The notes under the pieces are model-generated. The model worked only from the letters and a program-made list of their open reading frames with translations, did no database searches and was not told the DNA's origin. From Rhodosorus marinus CCMP1338 (Eukaryota; Plantae; Rhodophyta): 64,000 nucleotides of DNA. The stretch is from NCBI GenBank assembly GCA_029953675.1, contig JAMWBK010000004.1, positions 186,001-250,000 on the forward strand, in the 5' to 3' direction. Both the position numbers and the translations under genes were made by a program. The stretch's first letter is position 1. Each line of letters opens with the position of its first letter. Shown here piece by piece: positions 19,167 through 29,730 of this stretch.

Positions 19167-22037
19167 ATGAATGGTGTGGAGAAGCTTCCTTCTCAGGAGG
19201 CGTCAGATGATGTGAAGACACTGAAGGGGGAAGTGAAGATGGAACTGATGACGAACAAGATTGAGCAGGGTATCAAGGAGTTGGACGTGAACGGACCACC
19301 TCGTCCTGGATTCCCGGCATCGACGACGATGTCAAATCAAGCGCCTCCAGCAGATGAGCTAGATGATTACAAGGTCTGTCCGCTGTCCAAGCACCATGCA
19401 CCTGAAGTGGATTGGAAGAGCATGTCCAACCGGGAGCTCGCAAACTCCAAGGATATGTACACGAAGGAGTTTTCAGAGCTCATGTTCAACCAACGCGTCC
19501 TCTTCGCTGCTTTGGACCCAAAGGTACCTCTGTTAGAGAGGTTTAAGTTCTGCTGCATCGTTTCTAGCAATATGGACGAGGTATACGCAAAGAGGCTCGG
19601 GAATATTCCGAAGTTTGATGAGGAGGATGAGGAGGATAGGAACAAGAACTACAAGAAGCTGATCCGGCCTAAGACGGGGTTCGAGGAGGAGCTGGCTTCC
19701 GCGGTCAGCGATACAGTGGATGCCCTCTACGACTGCCTTCTTACGCAGCTGCTTCCTCAGATGAAGGAGCTCGGTGTTGAAATTCTCACGCGGAAGAAGC
19801 TCAATGCGCAGCAGAGGAGGAACGTGACGGTATACTTCAAGAAGAAGATTTTACCGATCCTGACGCCGTTGTCTGTAGATCAGACCCACCCCTTTCCGTT
19901 GCTTCAAAGTCACGGAATCTACCTGGCGGTTGTGCTGTTGAACCCAGAAACGGACAAGACGCGACGGGTGTACCTTAGGGTGCCGCCGGTGAAACCGAGG
20001 GCCGTGAAGCTAGATGACGAGGGACTCAAGTACATCCCCATCGAAGAGATTGTACTGGACAATATGAACCTGGTCACGGAGGGTATGCAGGTGCTCAAGG
20101 CATATCCATTCCGCGTCACGAGGAACGTCAAGCTCGTGATTGACGATGCCCACTTTGGTGAGAGCGATAACCTGCTTGACTTTGTGTGGGAGGAAGTCCA
20201 CAGGCGGCGCAGCGCACCGGCCACGAGATTGGAAGTGACTAAGGACATGCCAGCAGAGTTCTTGGACCTCTTGGTGAAGGAGCTCATTCTGGACAGCACT
20301 GATGTGTTTGTGTTGCCGTGTAACCTGGTTGGTCTAGCGGACTTTATGTCCATTAGCTTCAGCGCACCCTTTGCGGAGCACCGCGACGCCCCGCATACAC
20401 CGAGGGTGCCGAAACGCTTCGAAGGGCTCGAGGAGAAGCTGCTCATGGAGCCCGGAAAGGTCTTCAACCAGATCCGAAAGCAGGACATCTTGGTCGAGTA
20501 CCCCAAGCACTCGTTCAAGCACAGCAGCGCATTGTTCTTGAGAGCTGCAGCTAGGGACACAAAGGTTAGGGTCATCAAGTGCTGCCTGTACCGCGGTGGA
20601 GATGATTCCCCCCTTGTGGCTTCGCTGATAAGGGCGGCCAAGTCTGGCAAGGAGGTGAGCGTTCTGGTTGAACTGAAGGCTTCGTTCGATGAAGTTCAGA
20701 ACTCCGAGTACGCACGGAAACTGAGAAGGGCTGGATGCAACGTGAGCTATGGCATGCTCGGCCTCAAGGCTCACTGCAAACTGATCCTAGTCGTGCGTGA
20801 GGAGGAGAGTGGCTTCCGGCCATACGCCAATATCGCAACAGGCAATTTCAATCCCGGAACTGCAAAGATCTACACGGACCAGTCCCTGTTCACATGTCGG
20901 GAGAACATCTGTTCGGACGTTATCGACCTGTACAACGCACTGTTCGGCTATTCACGAAAGCGGAACTACAACTCCTTGCTCGTTGCGCCGGTGAACATGT
21001 TGTCCAGTTTCATTTCGTTTATCCGCAAGGAGGCGGAGAACGCGAGGAAGGGCCAGAAGGCTCACATCATCGTCCAAGTCAATGGGCTCACTGAACCTTC
21101 CATAGTAGAAGAGCTCTACGCCGCCTCCCAAGCCGGCGTCAAGATTGATCTGATCGTGAGGGGCATCTGTTGTATCCGACCCGGGCTGCCGGGCAAGAGC
21201 GAGAACGTCAACGTCTACAGCTGGATTGGACGGTTCCTTCAGCATCAGCGGATCTATTACTTCTACGATGGTGGAAAGGAGCACATGTACATTGGATCCG
21301 CGGACTGGAGAAGCCGTAACCTGAAGAACCGTGTGGAAGTGTGTACGCCAGTCGAGGATTCAAAGCTCTTCAAGAAGCTCTACTCCAACCTGCAGTTCTT
21401 CCTCAAGGACACACGGAACACCTGGCGCATGGCATCCGATGGACGCTATTACATGCGGAAACCGGAGGCGTCTGTCAAGTCCATTGCCATCGAAAAGTCG
21501 AGCGAACTGGAGGATGAGTATGCCACGAGCGCGATTGTGATGGATGCGGAAGGAGATGGCTCCGATGACGAGGATGTTACGAGATACAGGGTCATGATCA
21601 ATGGTGCTCAGGTGGCGGTCACTTCGGCGCTGCACATGTGTATTCCGGTCCGGGCAATTGATGATAAGAACCTGAGCGTGCTTTTGGTTCAGAGCGGAAA
21701 GAGCACAGACGAGGAGAAGATGGTTTGGAGCTTTCCGCAGGTGAATGACGAGAGTGGAAACTCGCTCCTGGATGCTGTCCAGGGAGAATGCGAGAAGGAA
21801 GCTGGGGTCACGGGCGGAGTAGTGGACTACATTCCGTGGAAGAAGATTGGGACAGACACTGCCGCAGATTTCCACATCTTCCAGGTCGAGGCCGAAGAAG
21901 AGTGGGCAGGAGAGCTAACCCGCGGACGCCTTTGGATGACTTTGCCCGACGCTATCAACCAAGCCAATGAGATGAAGGATGAGCGGCAGGAGAAGACGCT
22001 TGAGGCGGTCCAGAAGTGGTTCGCCGACCTCCACTGA
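19167..22037 (+). CDS. PPK1: Polyphosphate kinase 1 (bacterial type) with C-terminal Nudix-like domain, intronless
   Basis: FNQRV..PLLERFKF..SSNMDE, LTPLSVDQTHPFP, FRVTRN, DILVEYPKHSF, GLKAHCKL, TGNFNPGTAKIYTD, IDLIVRGIC, RFLQH and GSADWRSRNL..RVEV. The first in-frame ATG is 19167 (the ORF track starts at GTG 19119). Confidence 0.95.
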   Translation: MNGVEKLPSQEASDDVKTLKGEVKMELMTNKIEQGIKELDVNGPPRPGFPASTTMSNQAPPADELDDYKVCPLSKHHAPEVDWKSMSNRELANSKDMYTKEFSELMFNQRVLFAALDPKVPLLERFKFCCIVSSNMDEVYAKRLGNIPKFDEEDEEDRNKNYKKLIRPKTGFEEELASAVSDTVDALYDCLLTQLLPQMKELGVEILTRKKLNAQQRRNVTVYFKKKILPILTPLSVDQTHPFPLLQSHGIYLAVVLLNPETDKTRRVYLRVPPVKPRAVKLDDEGLKYIPIEEIVLDNMNLVTEGMQVLKAYPFRVTRNVKLVIDDAHFGESDNLLDFVWEEVHRRRSAPATRLEVTKDMPAEFLDLLVKELILDSTDVFVLPCNLVGLADFMSISFSAPFAEHRDAPHTPRVPKRFEGLEEKLLMEPGKVFNQIRKQDILVEYPKHSFKHSSALFLRAAARDTKVRVIKCCLYRGGDDSPLVASLIRAAKSGKEVSVLVELKASFDEVQNSEYARKLRRAGCNVSYGMLGLKAHCKLILVVREEESGFRPYANIATGNFNPGTAKIYTDQSLFTCRENICSDVIDLYNALFGYSRKRNYNSLLVAPVNMLSSFISFIRKEAENARKGQKAHIIVQVNGLTEPSIVEELYAASQAGVKIDLIVRGICCIRPGLPGKSENVNVYSWIGRFLQHQRIYYFYDGGKEHMYIGSADWRSRNLKNRVEVCTPVEDSKLFKKLYSNLQFFLKDTRNTWRMASDGRYYMRKPEASVKSIAIEKSSELEDEYATSAIVMDAEGDGSDDEDVTRYRVMINGAQVAVTSALHMCIPVRAIDDKNLSVLLVQSGKSTDEEKMVWSFPQVNDESGNSLLDAVQGECEKEAGVTGGVVDYIPWKKIGTDTAADFHIFQVEAEEEWAGELTRGRLWMTLPDAINQANEMKDERQEKTLEAVQKWFADLH

Positions 22038-22352
22038 AGATTTTCGAAGACCTAACAAATACACAACTACGTTTGACTTATATTTCCAAGTATATAGCTG
22101 CAAGACTTTTTCCATAATCTTCAGCCGATATCTTTTTGTCCGCGTTTACAGACTATACTGTAGGGCTTGAAGCAGAACAAATACAAACTTAATTTCAAAA
22201 CAAGAGACTGTATAAAACAAAAGGTATCTATATTCAAACGTGCAAGTTGAGATGACAGTCAGCTACGCCGCGAAACCCGCCACGAAATTGAGAGCTTGAG
22301 CGCTAAGGTGAAATCCCAGGTTCAACTATTTTGTTGAAGGAATGCCATCTTT

Positions 22353-23300
22353 TTAGAGGAAATCGTTGGCTCTGAGGATCCGGAAAATGTCCACGTTGGT
22401 CTCCAGAAGGCAAGCGTGTCCGCAGCTCGGAAGCTCTTGTACAGATGAGTCAGGGATGAGATCTGCTAAACGACTGGCTTCTCTTGTTGAGTCGAAGATC
22501 ATATCTTTGCCGCTCGCGACGATGAGGGTAGGCATCGTGATCTTGTTCGTTATTTCCTGGGTCAACATCGAAAACAGTCTAATGAGTTCTCTGCCTCCAT
22601 GAGCACTGTGAACCTGGAACCTCACTCTATCTCGAAAAGGCGGCCTTCGAATGAGCCGCAGGCGATGTTCTGCGGCTTCCAAGGGGGCTGAAGAGACGTT
22701 GACGGACGGGAGCTGCATGACGGGTCCAGGAGTTATGTTCTCAGGATCGACCCGGTCCGGGCTTGTTAGGAATCGCCACAGAACTGTGGCCGCTAGAGGG
22801 TAAAGAAGCTTTCCTGAAGAGTCAATTCTCAAGACTGGGAGAAGTGCTGCCCCAGCTCCGACGAGAGAAGATGATCGAAATGCGGTGGCGGAATTTACGA
22901 GCACAAGACGATCCACCAAAAGCGGTTCCACAACCAACGCGGACAAGGCAAACACCGCGCCGAGAGATTCCGCGATGACAATCACCTGCGAAGGCTGGAG
23001 CTCATTCTTGAGGTTCCTCAGAGCGGCTCTAGCAGCAGATCTAAGAGTCGGCCAGCCTGACTTATCCCGTGGCCCGTGATAAATCGACGCAATGCTGACG
23101 CCCTCCCCAGCGCATCTAACCTGGTTCACAGGAAGCGCTCGGGCATCCATGCCGGCAAAAAAGACCACCAATGGACACCTGGAAGGCGCTTCAACCCGTT
23201 CGACTCTCACCACCAAAGCCCGGTAGTCCGGCAAGCCCATCCTCCTCACCACAGAACGATGGCGTGGAGCCTGCCAGTTCACAACAAATCCAAACTCCAT
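22353..23300 (-). CDS. Plastid-targeted alpha/beta hydrolase, related to the hydrolase domain of phytyl ester synthase/ELT proteins
   Basis: MEFGFVV transit-peptide-like start, nucleophile elbow AESLG, LVLVNSAT, PTLIVASGKD, LPSCGHACLLE. One probable in-frame intron near 22540-22625. Confidence 0.8.
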   Translation of the reverse strand: MEFGFVVNWQAPRHRSVVRRMGLPDYRALVVRVERVEAPSRCPLVVFFAGMDARALPVNQVRCAGEGVSIASIYHGPRDKSGWPTLRSAARAALRNLKNELQPSQVIVIAESLGAVFALSALVVEPLLVDRLVLVNSATAFRSSSLVGAGAALLPVLRIDSSGKLLYPLAATVLWRFLTSPDRVDPENITPGPVMQLPSVNVSSAPLEAAEHRLRLIRRPPFRDRVRFQVHSAHGGRELIRLFSMLTQEITNKITMPTLIVASGKDMIFDSTREASRLADLIPDSSVQELPSCGHACLLETNVDIFRILRANDFL

Positions 23301-24373
23301 CTCGGACCACGGTGGCACGATGTTCAATCGATGTTTTGATCAGTCATTACAGTTCCATTTCAGAAGATCAAACCTCCGCGTCTACTTCAAAGCTGCCATA
23401 CTTCCGATACCTCCTCCAGAGAGCTCTCCTGACCCTGAACTTGTCAGTTATCCACCCGCCATCTCCATTCAGTCAAAATATTAAAACCTAGATTGTTTTC
23501 AGTCAAAATTTGAATTAACGGAAAACGGATTTTTTAGGTTTGCCTGGATTAGTGAGTATTTTGTACATACTCTCATGAAGCTGATGATTATGTAAGGCCA
23601 GTGCTTGGCGCTATGGAAGTCCACATACCTCTAAGGCGATGAACAAATCTATCTAGGTGCTTGTTAGAGGCGTGTTGAGGTCAGATAGTAACCTCACAGA
23701 GTCTTTTGAAAGATAAAAAAAGTGTTCCAAAAGATTATACGCCCGGTCGCGAGGAAGAACGGAGAAGGGTCGCGTGTGTACGACCCGTTTCTGGATGCAT
23801 CCAGGTTCCGGAAGTTGAACACGAATTGGCTATGAACGCTCCAATCCGTTTCTATAAATCTTCTGAAGTGCTCACCACTGGATAAGCCGAGTCGCGTCGC
23901 AATCCATTTCCACCCCTGGACCTTTGCTCTGCGAAACCTACGCTTGCATGGTACAACGAGAGCAGCCTCTACTCCTCGCTGACCAGGCCGCTCGTCATCT
24001 AACCCCCCAGTGAAGGGCTAGAAACCTGAGCGGTGTCTCAGCGACGGAAACGAAGCTAAGCCTCAGAAACTCAGACAGTCCTGAAAAACTCGTCAGACCG
24101 AAATTAATGTTCCTCGTTCATTATGCCCTGGTTTCTCATAGTGACAAACCTTGGGCATTCAATCGGTTATTCGGCTTCGTCAACTTGGAGAAGCAACAAC
24201 GGTCCAGCGCTTCCCTGTTCTCAATACGTGCCATGCCTCATATTGACGCTTCCAAGTAATTTAATAAAGGACGCAGCACAGCCCGGTGCTTGGAACGCTT
24301 CCGTAAGAAGTTGAACGTGCTCTCGACTAAACTGAGCGCTGCTAGGCCGAGGATCTTAACAGGTATCAAAGAA

Positions 24374-24817
24374 ATGGTACATTTCAAAGTCTCTATTCTC
24401 TTCGTTTTGTTCATTGTCTGTATTGGAATAAGCTCTCTCGCGGACGCGAGGTCGACTTCGAAGACAAGCCCGATCGCGCGTTCGCTTAAAAGGCAGCAGA
24501 GGCGATGCGAAAAGTCGTCCGCATGTTATGGGCTACACGATGAGCATCTGCACAACTGCATCTTGAAATGTGCGTCTGAGCATTGCTATGAGCTTATTTA
24601 CGCAAAAGATCCGGTGAGTGACTCCTGTGGCTCCCTCGCAACGCAACCAGAAGCCTAAAGCAAAGAAGTCTAAATAACGCTTCCGCCGTATTGCATGTCA
24701 TTCGAACAGCTGGAAGATGGTGAAGTAGATAACTCTCGATCGAAAGCGTTTCTCAAATGCTTTGACAAAAGCTCAAGAGGAGAAAGCGTCTCGCCACAAG
24801 TCCTGGACGAGCTGTAA
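24374..24817 (+). CDS. Secretory-pathway DUF4787-like Cys-rich protein, two exons
   Basis: Signal peptide MVHFKVSILFVLFIVCIGISSLADA and C..C..NCILKC.SEHCY..IY..DP. Intron 24614-24709 (GTGAGT..AACAG). Exon 2 reads LEDGEVD..R...FLKC and ends VLDEL, with TAA at 24815-24817. Confidence 0.75.
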
Positions 24818-24920
24818 CACTGCTCCTAGAGGAGGTTGCCTGATCGCTAGAGTCATTTACATTGTACAGTGAGTTTTAAAATAGCAGAGACGAAGCGTCA
24901 AGAGATTCTCAATAGAAATT

Positions 24921-26065
24921 TCAAGCTGGGAGCTCGCTGCTTATCTCCGAGACTCCTGCTTGATCAACGACGAGCGCGAGTTTTGCTCCTGTAGGTTTGC
25001 TTGGCGAGCTGAGCACTTCGATGGACTTGGTTGATGTCGGTCCGTCTTTAGTAAGCAAATATCTGGCCGACATATAGCTGCTCCAGAAAATCCCAAGCGC
25101 TGGTGCCTGTGGGATAAGCGACCGACAACAAGAAAGAGGGGTTCGGGGCGGCTTGGTCAATTCGACTCTGTCTGAATGATCTATTCGCTTTCTGGTAAAC
25201 TTACGAAAGGTCGAAGCGACCCGCGTAACCTCATCGCCCCTGCTCTTTCCTGGTGAGCTTCGATGAACACGTCCGTGACTTGATTAGTGAGCAATACCAG
25301 AGCCTTGAACTTCCTTGCGACAGTTCTAAGGGCCTTTACGAGCTGGAACACTAGACTATCCCTCGCTGATCCCGATCTTGCTGATCGGTCGCTGTTGAAC
25401 CTCAGCGGTGCTGCGACAGAGTCTACAATGACCACGCGCGCACGTGACTGTTCGAGTAGCCAAGGAAGTCTGTAGCTGCACAGCGAAATCAGTGAATCTG
25501 CTGAACGACACATCTCGACGATAACCTTGTCGCTGAAGCTGGATCCTTGATAATCCAGTTGCAGATCAAGCTTTTCCCGAAGCCCAGCCTCGATCTCCAG
25601 CATCCTCGACACAGGAAAACTCCCTTCAGTGTTTATGTACACGCAGCCGTTCTCCAGTCCACCAAAATCCCGCGGCGCGCAGGACATCAGCGCGAGCTGC
25701 ATACACAGCTGGCTCTTTCCCGCGCCAGCACGCCCTGTGAACTCAATCAGCTGTCCATCCTCTCCAATACCAATCCCATCGCCTCCCAGAAGCAAATCCA
25801 AAGACCTGATCCCAGTCTTAAGTACCTCTCTGTCCCTATACAACTCCGCAGCGGACCTCAGCACTACCTGATCCTCAAAGAGCTCCTTTCTAAGAGCCAA
25901 CAACACATGTCCCCGGAACTGAGGACCAGTCGATAACCCAAGACATACTTTCTCAATCTCCTTCTTCACCAATCCATCGTCCTCAGTGATCAACAACTGA
26001 ATCGCGCCTTCACGTCCAAGCTCGCTCATCAACTCCTTGGCGACCTCGGTCAGTCGAGGATCCAT
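24921..26065 (-). CDS. XRCC3: RAD51 paralogue, XRCC3-like, at least one intron near 25160-25230
   Basis: KTGIRSLDLLLGG, Walker A GRAGAGKSQLC, GGLENGCVYINTEGSFP..R, Walker B VIVDSVAA, VLLTNQV, C-terminal PALGIFWS. Confidence 0.8.
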
Positions 26066-26721
26066 TCAGACGGCTTCCCTTACGGACTTAGCTTTCATCG
26101 ATGCACATCCACTTCGATCCAGTTCTCTAAAGTCCTCTTCATCGATCTTCAAGGCCTGAACGGGTTCTCCAACCGCGAGTTTGTGTGATGGATATCTTCC
26201 ACCATCTTCGTCAGATGAGCAAGCCAACTCGAATCCTAGCCTGCTTTCACAGTAGTAGACAAAAAACTCTTCCTTCACGAAACTGTCTCCATGCGCAAGC
26301 AACTTCTTCGCTAACTAAACCAAAAAGGTTGACAAGTCGTCACCTCCACGGATCCGTTGAGAAGCCAACAAGTCTGAGCAAGCCGTCTTCTTCTGGTCAA
26401 CGGAGAAAAACAAAAAAAAAGTGCTCCTTCAAGAAACTGTGTGATCCTCACGCGAGACAGTCTTTGCTAACCAAACTCAAACTTCTGACCGAGCAAGTCT
26501 CCGTCTTCTTCGCGAAATGCGGATCTCTCGATATCCACAAAATGTCTGGGCAAGTCTTCGTCTCCTTCACGACCAGGGATCTGTCGACTTTATGCGCCAA
26601 GTCGTCTTTTTCGAAGTTCTAAGAGTTCTTAGTCAATATGTTAGCTTAGTTCGTCTTCTCCAACGTCCTTTGAAAAGTTGCAGCAGTACATCTTCGTCAA
26701 TAACTTTTTCTGTTCTAAAAC

Positions 26722-27745
26722 AGTGAGTTTTCGAAAGCTGCAGTTGCAGCGAACTGAGAGGGAATTTCTGCCCTCTTCATTAAGTCATAGAGGTTCCAGC
26801 AATGCGTCAGCGTCTTCGTCGAGCAAAGAGTTGCAGTTTTATCGTCGATGGCCCTATTTTCTTGCTACCCTAAACATGTTGTCTTGGTGAAGGGTACTAA
26901 GAAAGTGAGTTTTCGAAAGCTGCAGTAGCAGAGAACTGAGAGGGAAATTCTGCCTTCTTCATTAAGTCAAAAAGGTTCCAGCAATACATCTTCGTCAAAC
27001 AAAGACGTGCAGTTTCTCGTCAATGGCCCTTCCTGCTTCTCTAAACAAGTTGTCTTGGTGAAGGGTACTAAACCAGTGAGTCTTCGAACTGAGAGGGAAA
27101 TTCTGCCTTCTTCATTAAGTCATAGAGGTTCTAGCAATGCGTCAGCGTCTTCGTCAAACAAAGAGATGCACTTTATCGTCAATGGCCCTTCTTGCTTCTC
27201 TAAACAGGTTGTCTTGGTGAAAGGTACTACAACAGTGAGTTTTCGAAAGCTGCAGCTGCAGCGACCTGAGAGGGAAACTCTGCCTTCTTCAATAAGTCAT
27301 AGAGGTTCCAGCAATACGCCTTCGTCAGGCAAAGAGTTCCAGTTCATCGTCGATGGCCCTTCTTGCTTCTCGAAACAAGTTGTCTTGGTGGAAGGGTACT
27401 AAAACAGTGAGTTTCCGCAAGCTGCAGTTGCAGCGAACTGAGAGGGAAATTCTGACTTCTTCATTAAGTCATAGAGGTTCCAGCAATGCGGCAGCGTCTT
27501 CGTCAAGCAAAGAGTTGCAGTTTTATCTTCAATGGCCCTCTTTGCTTCTCTAAACAAGTTGTCTTGGTGAAGGGATACTAAAAAACAGTGAGTTTTCGAA
27601 CGCTGCAGCTGCAGCGAACTGAGAGGGAAATTCTGCCTTCTTCATAAAGAGGTTCCAGCAATACGTCTTCGTCAAACACAGACTTGCAGTTTATCGTCGA
27701 TGGCCCTTCTTGCTTCTCTAAAAAGGTTGTCTTCGTGAAGGGTAC
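26722..27745. repeat. Degenerate tandem array of six units, 159-182 bp each
   Basis: The marker AGTGAG(T)TTTCG recurs at 26722, 26904, 27075, 27234, 27406 and 27587. The units share GAACTGAGAGGGAAA, GGTTCCAGCAAT, GATGGCCC and GTCTTGGTGAAGGGTAC. Confidence 0.95.
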
Positions 27746-28159
27746 AATTTCGTTCATCCCAGAGGAAGTTGTACAAAGTTCAGTCCATCCAGAGGCACGA
27801 CCTGTTGTTGATCAGCATCGACAGCAAATTTTTTTTTTGGAGCGTTTCTATGATCGTTTCAGACGAAGAGGAAATAGTCGGACAGTGATTGCCAGTGTGA
27901 CCTGATGTCTTAAAGAGCTTCCTTCTTCGGACTGCGCGGGAGAAGAGGGAAACTGGAAAGCGGGACTGAGGAAATAGGAGCTTAGTCTACTGGGTTTTGA
28001 TGACAGAGAGTTTTTGGTTTCTGTTTGCAACGATCTGCTTCTGAGGCAGAAAGAGACTCACAGAACGTGGATCTTTGAGACAGGGAAGAAAGTGTTGGCT
28101 GCTAGAGAGGATTGATCGATGATCGGAGTGATTATTGGTAAGGACAAACTGTCCTAGTG

Positions 28160-29730
28160 ATGTTGGCGGGGACGAGGAGGTTGGTGAGGAGTAGTGTTGG
28201 GTTGTTGAGGTCGTGGAGGGGATTGGAAGCTCACCGGAGTGGTTATGGTGATGGTCATCTTCTTCTCTTACGATGGAGGATGCCGGTGCGACGTCTGGCG
28301 GCCGGAGGGGGAGTGTCTTCTAAGACGGGAAAGAATGCGCGGAGTCTTAAGGACGAAGGATTCGGAAATCGAAGGCAGAGGATTGTAAATGACCTTTTGA
28401 ATCCTGTTTTCTTTTTGTTACATATAAATAAAATGTCGACGCTAACAAACCGTATTCTGTGGTTTAGGAGAGCAGCACACCGAAGAGTGAGGATTGGAGC
28501 AGTCAGTATCCTCGAAATCTCTACATAACCTATCATGATCTGGAGCTTGCTTTAGAACGCAGAGGATATTCTCTTTACAGACTACTAATCGGGACTCTGA
28601 TCGGTTTAGCCGCGACGACTGCACTGTTCTGGAACCGTATCAAACACTGGGGGGCTCAGGAAAGCGCCTCGGTAGCGACAAGGACGCTGGAGGACGAGGT
28701 GCTTCAGAAGAAAGCTGAGGAGCTTGCGAAGCAGCTGACCAACGCGCTTCTGAAAGACGAACGCACCTTTCGAGCTGTTCAGACGCTCTTGAAGCAGATT
28801 CTCAGTGATCCTACAGCTAGGCAGGACGCCGCAGCTTTCGTAAGCCAGCTTCTCATCGTCCTCATGCAACGTAAGCAGCAACACCGTCACCCACCATACA
28901 AAACCCCCCTTGGCTCTTGCTAAAGCCGAGAGAGGTGCCCCAAACACACACAATTCAGGTGAAGACACAAAGAACCTATTCGCTTCCTTTCTAGCCGACC
29001 TCCTCGGGTTTGAAGTCGTCAAGAACAGCGCTAAAGATCTAGCCGTATGGGTCGCTGGACATGACTATGTTGTGGAAAAAGTCAAGCAGAGCCTAGTCGG
29101 GATTCTCCAGGACGTCGATGCGAGACAGAGCGGAAAGGACTACGGTATGGATTCTCCGTTTTTATCCTCTGTGCACAAACCAGACCGCTTTTCCTCAATC
29201 AACGCTCTTACTGTGACTTCGCGTTCGCTTTTTGGTCTGTGATCAGCGATGGACGCTACACTGAGGACGTTGCAGGACAGCAACACGAAAAGATGGCTCC
29301 AAACTGTTGTGGAGGACGTTTTCGTCGATCCTCAGTTCCAGGAGAAAGCTGGTGAAGCGCTTTGGTGAGTACTTTCTCCCAGCCTCGAGTGAGGATCATG
29401 TGGCTAATCGGTCGTCTCGACATTCGTAGGAAGGCGACAAAGTCTGGAGTGCTAGGGATAAAGAGCAATAGCGGGCAGAATATTCAAAAGGAGCAGCTCA
29501 TGCAGAAGGATTCGGGAGACAAATCCGAGGAGGAAGCCCTTGAAGAGGCCGCTGAGTCCAAACTCGAAGGCCAGAGCGAGCAGGTCCGCAGCATGCCTGA
29601 CGAAGAACAAACACCGGATAGCAATGGACTCGATCTCGAGGTGGTGAAAGAGGATCTGTTGAGCGCTCTTGAGAACGGCGTCGCTGAAGATCTTCAGTAC
29701 AATGGTCGCTCTAATGATGTGCCGCCGTAA
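28160..29730 (+). CDS. Uncharacterised, probably mitochondrial, single-pass membrane protein, multi-exon
   Basis: Arg-rich, acid-free presequence (MLAGTRRLVRSSVGLLR). The spliced frame reads ...YRLLIGTLIGLAATTALFWNRIKHWGAQESASVATRTLEDE (one TM), followed by helical exons and an acidic tail ending at 29730. Confidence 0.65.

Noticed and set aside
19919-20774. Long antisense ORFs over PPK1 (and similar ones over CHD, GH47, BT1 and gelsolin)
   Set aside because: These are shadow frames expected from biased codon usage, with no recognisable motifs.
19167-22037. Recent horizontal transfer of PPK1, suggested by lack of introns and GC-rich codons
   Set aside because: Clearly native genes here (GH47, BT1, gelsolin, LQY1) are also intronless with similar codon bias, so this is not diagnostic without a phylogeny.
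26722-27745. CRISPR array
   Set aside because: The units are fully homologous 159-182-bp repeats with no unique spacers, there are no cas genes, and the context is eukaryotic.
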